A stretch of 64,000 bases of DNA from positions 1 to 64,000 of the forward strand of contig VJWM01000119.1 of the NCBI GenBank assembly GCA_010909165.1. Direction: 5' to 3'. This document shows positions 62,476 to 64,000 of this stretch, piece by piece. Within the stretch, counting starts at the first letter, position 1, and each line of letters starts with the position of its first letter. The notes below the pieces were generated by a model. It had not been told where the DNA came from, did not search any database, and saw only the letters and a program-made list of their open reading frames with translations. Source of the DNA: Anthoceros angustus. Taxonomy: Eukaryota > Plantae > Anthocerotophyta. A program made the translations under genes and the position numbers.

Positions 62476-63439
62476 TTGATGTTGGTCGAATCGAGCAGGG
62501 GCGCGGCCAGTGGTTTGGTCTTGTCTTTTTGCCGAACACGGAAATGCTGATGTACCGCTTGGGATGTACCCGCAGGTCATCGAGCAGAATGTTGAGGCTG
62601 CGCGAGGTGTTTTCCAGGTTGTTGTACAGTTTTGTCGTTCAGCAGAAGACCGAGACTGCCGTCTTTGCTGTTTACGGCCACAGCGCCATTGAGGGCCACC
62701 GTTTATTGAGTTCATTGATGGTTTGCTCCAGCTTCAGGTTGTGGGTTGCCGCTCACGGTATTCAGGTTGCTCAGGGTATGGTCGATATTGTCGGTGTTCT
62801 TGGCCAGGGCGCCCGACGGTTGTCGAAATTGCTGAGGTGCGGTTCAGGGCGCTGTTCTGCTGTACGATCAGGTTATTAGCCCGGCAGAAGCGTTCGACAG
62901 GTTGGCGATGATCTTCTGGTGTGCTTGGTAGCGGGGTCGAAATAACCGCCGGCCACCTGAACCAGCGAGTCGACCGACCTGCAGGGTGCCGTCGAGCGAA
63001 CGGATGGCCGGGTCGAGCGTAGCCATGACTTTGTCGAGAAGGCCGGGTTTTGTTCAGCGTTACCAGCGTATCGCCATTCTGCATGTGTGCGGGGTCATTG
63101 CCCGGTTCAATCACGATGGCGGCTGACCCCAATAATTCTGTGCTGATATAGGCCACCGAATTTTCGGATATCGATGTCGCAGGCCAGGTTGATGGTCACC
63201 ACGATGCCGTCGTTGATGTTGCGGGGTCCTTTCCTGCATATTGTACACCATACCCACCTACCAGCCCGTTCATGGTAACGGATTGGGTTAGTGAGCCCGG
63301 TAACTTTGGGAAAAACCGCGTAAATCTTATCGTTTCTTTCGAAGAGGTTCTTGCCTTTGAGAAAATTGAAGCCAAAGATCAGCAAGGTGATAGCAACTAC
63401 TGCGAGGAGGCCGATCTTGGTTTCATTAGAAATCTTCAT
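62475..63439 (-). CDS. mlaD: MlaD/MCE family protein
   Basis: MKISNETKIGLL..FGFNFLKGKNLF, YNNLENTSRSLNILLDDLRVHPKRY. Confidence 0.85.
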
Positions 63440-63448
63440 ACGCCAAAA

Positions 63449-64000
63449 TTAGGTTTTATTTCCGGGTGTCGCTTTCTGCGTGTGCCGGCTGTTTTCCAGT
63501 TCCGTCTTGTAGCGCCGGAAAGCATTGACCACAGTAGCCACCACTTCTTCCTGGCCCTTGTCGCTGTTGAGGTATTCTTCTTCCTCTTTGTTGGTGATGA
63601 ACCCCGTTTCGACCAGGATGCTGGGCATGCCCGTAGCCTGTAACACCCAAATGCCTTTGTTGTTGCGCTGTTTCACGCCAAAACTTTTGCGGCCCTCTTT
63701 CGTGAACTCTTCTTCTACATAAGAAGCGAGCTGGGCAGAGTTGCGGAAAAGTACTTGGTGTACAGCTGCGCCGGATCTTGGCTTCGGGCGAATTCAGGTC
63801 GAGTACGTTGTTGGCATCCACCACCGTTGAATCTTCCCGGATTCCTCTTCAATGTCGATGTTCTCACTTTTGGCACCACTGCGGTCTGCCGCCCATATAT
63901 AAGTTTCCGTGCCAACCCGGGTATTCTTCACATAATAAGATTCGTAAATGGGTTGCTGGATGGTCTTTTCTTTCTTTTCTTGCCTTTGCCCACGTAAACG
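63449..64000 (-). CDS. N-acetylmuramoyl-L-alanine amidase (Amidase_3), C-terminal part
   Basis: GTETYIW, GVKQRNNKGIWVLQATGMPSILVETGFITNKEEE. Confidence 0.9.

Overview
Bacteroidota (Chitinophagaceae-like, by gene content and TAnnTTTG promoters) chromosomal window. Nearly every gene carries many 1-nt frameshifts typical of unpolished long-read sequence, so gene calls were stitched across frames and ends are approximate. From left to right: (1) the end of an alpha-mannan PUL (SusC end, SusD, SusE-like, 2x GH76, GH125, GH92); (2) a second PUL (hybrid two-component regulator, SusC, SusD, two IPT/TIG lipoproteins, an unclassified clan GH-A hydrolase, a Tat-exported Gfo/Idh/MocA oxidoreductase, a PmoA/DUF6807-like protein); (3) fatty-acid hydroxylase and DUF3445-like genes; (4) a T9SS type-B cargo/PorP-SprF/PorE-like triad; (5) hscB and tRNA-Leu(CAA); (6) an AT-rich island (~35.7-50.6 kb); (7) housekeeping genes (bestrophin-like, BNR protein, purC, TBDT, fasciclin, CBS, ychF, SpmAB-like, nhaA, OstA-like, mlaD, amidase). 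The island opens with the 3' half of a tRNA-Phe (att-like). It carries a small gene with a highly structured pseudoknotted 5' leader and a tightly coupled six-gene candidate defence operon: SNF2 helicase, ~65 aa protein, Rad50-like zinc-hook ABC ATPase with a HEPN-type RxxxxH motif, Type III Mod, Type III Res and a PD-(D/E)XK-like protein. It ends in an IS21 element that appears to have deleted most of the island integrase. The best candidates for undescribed biology are that operon and the structured RNA leader.
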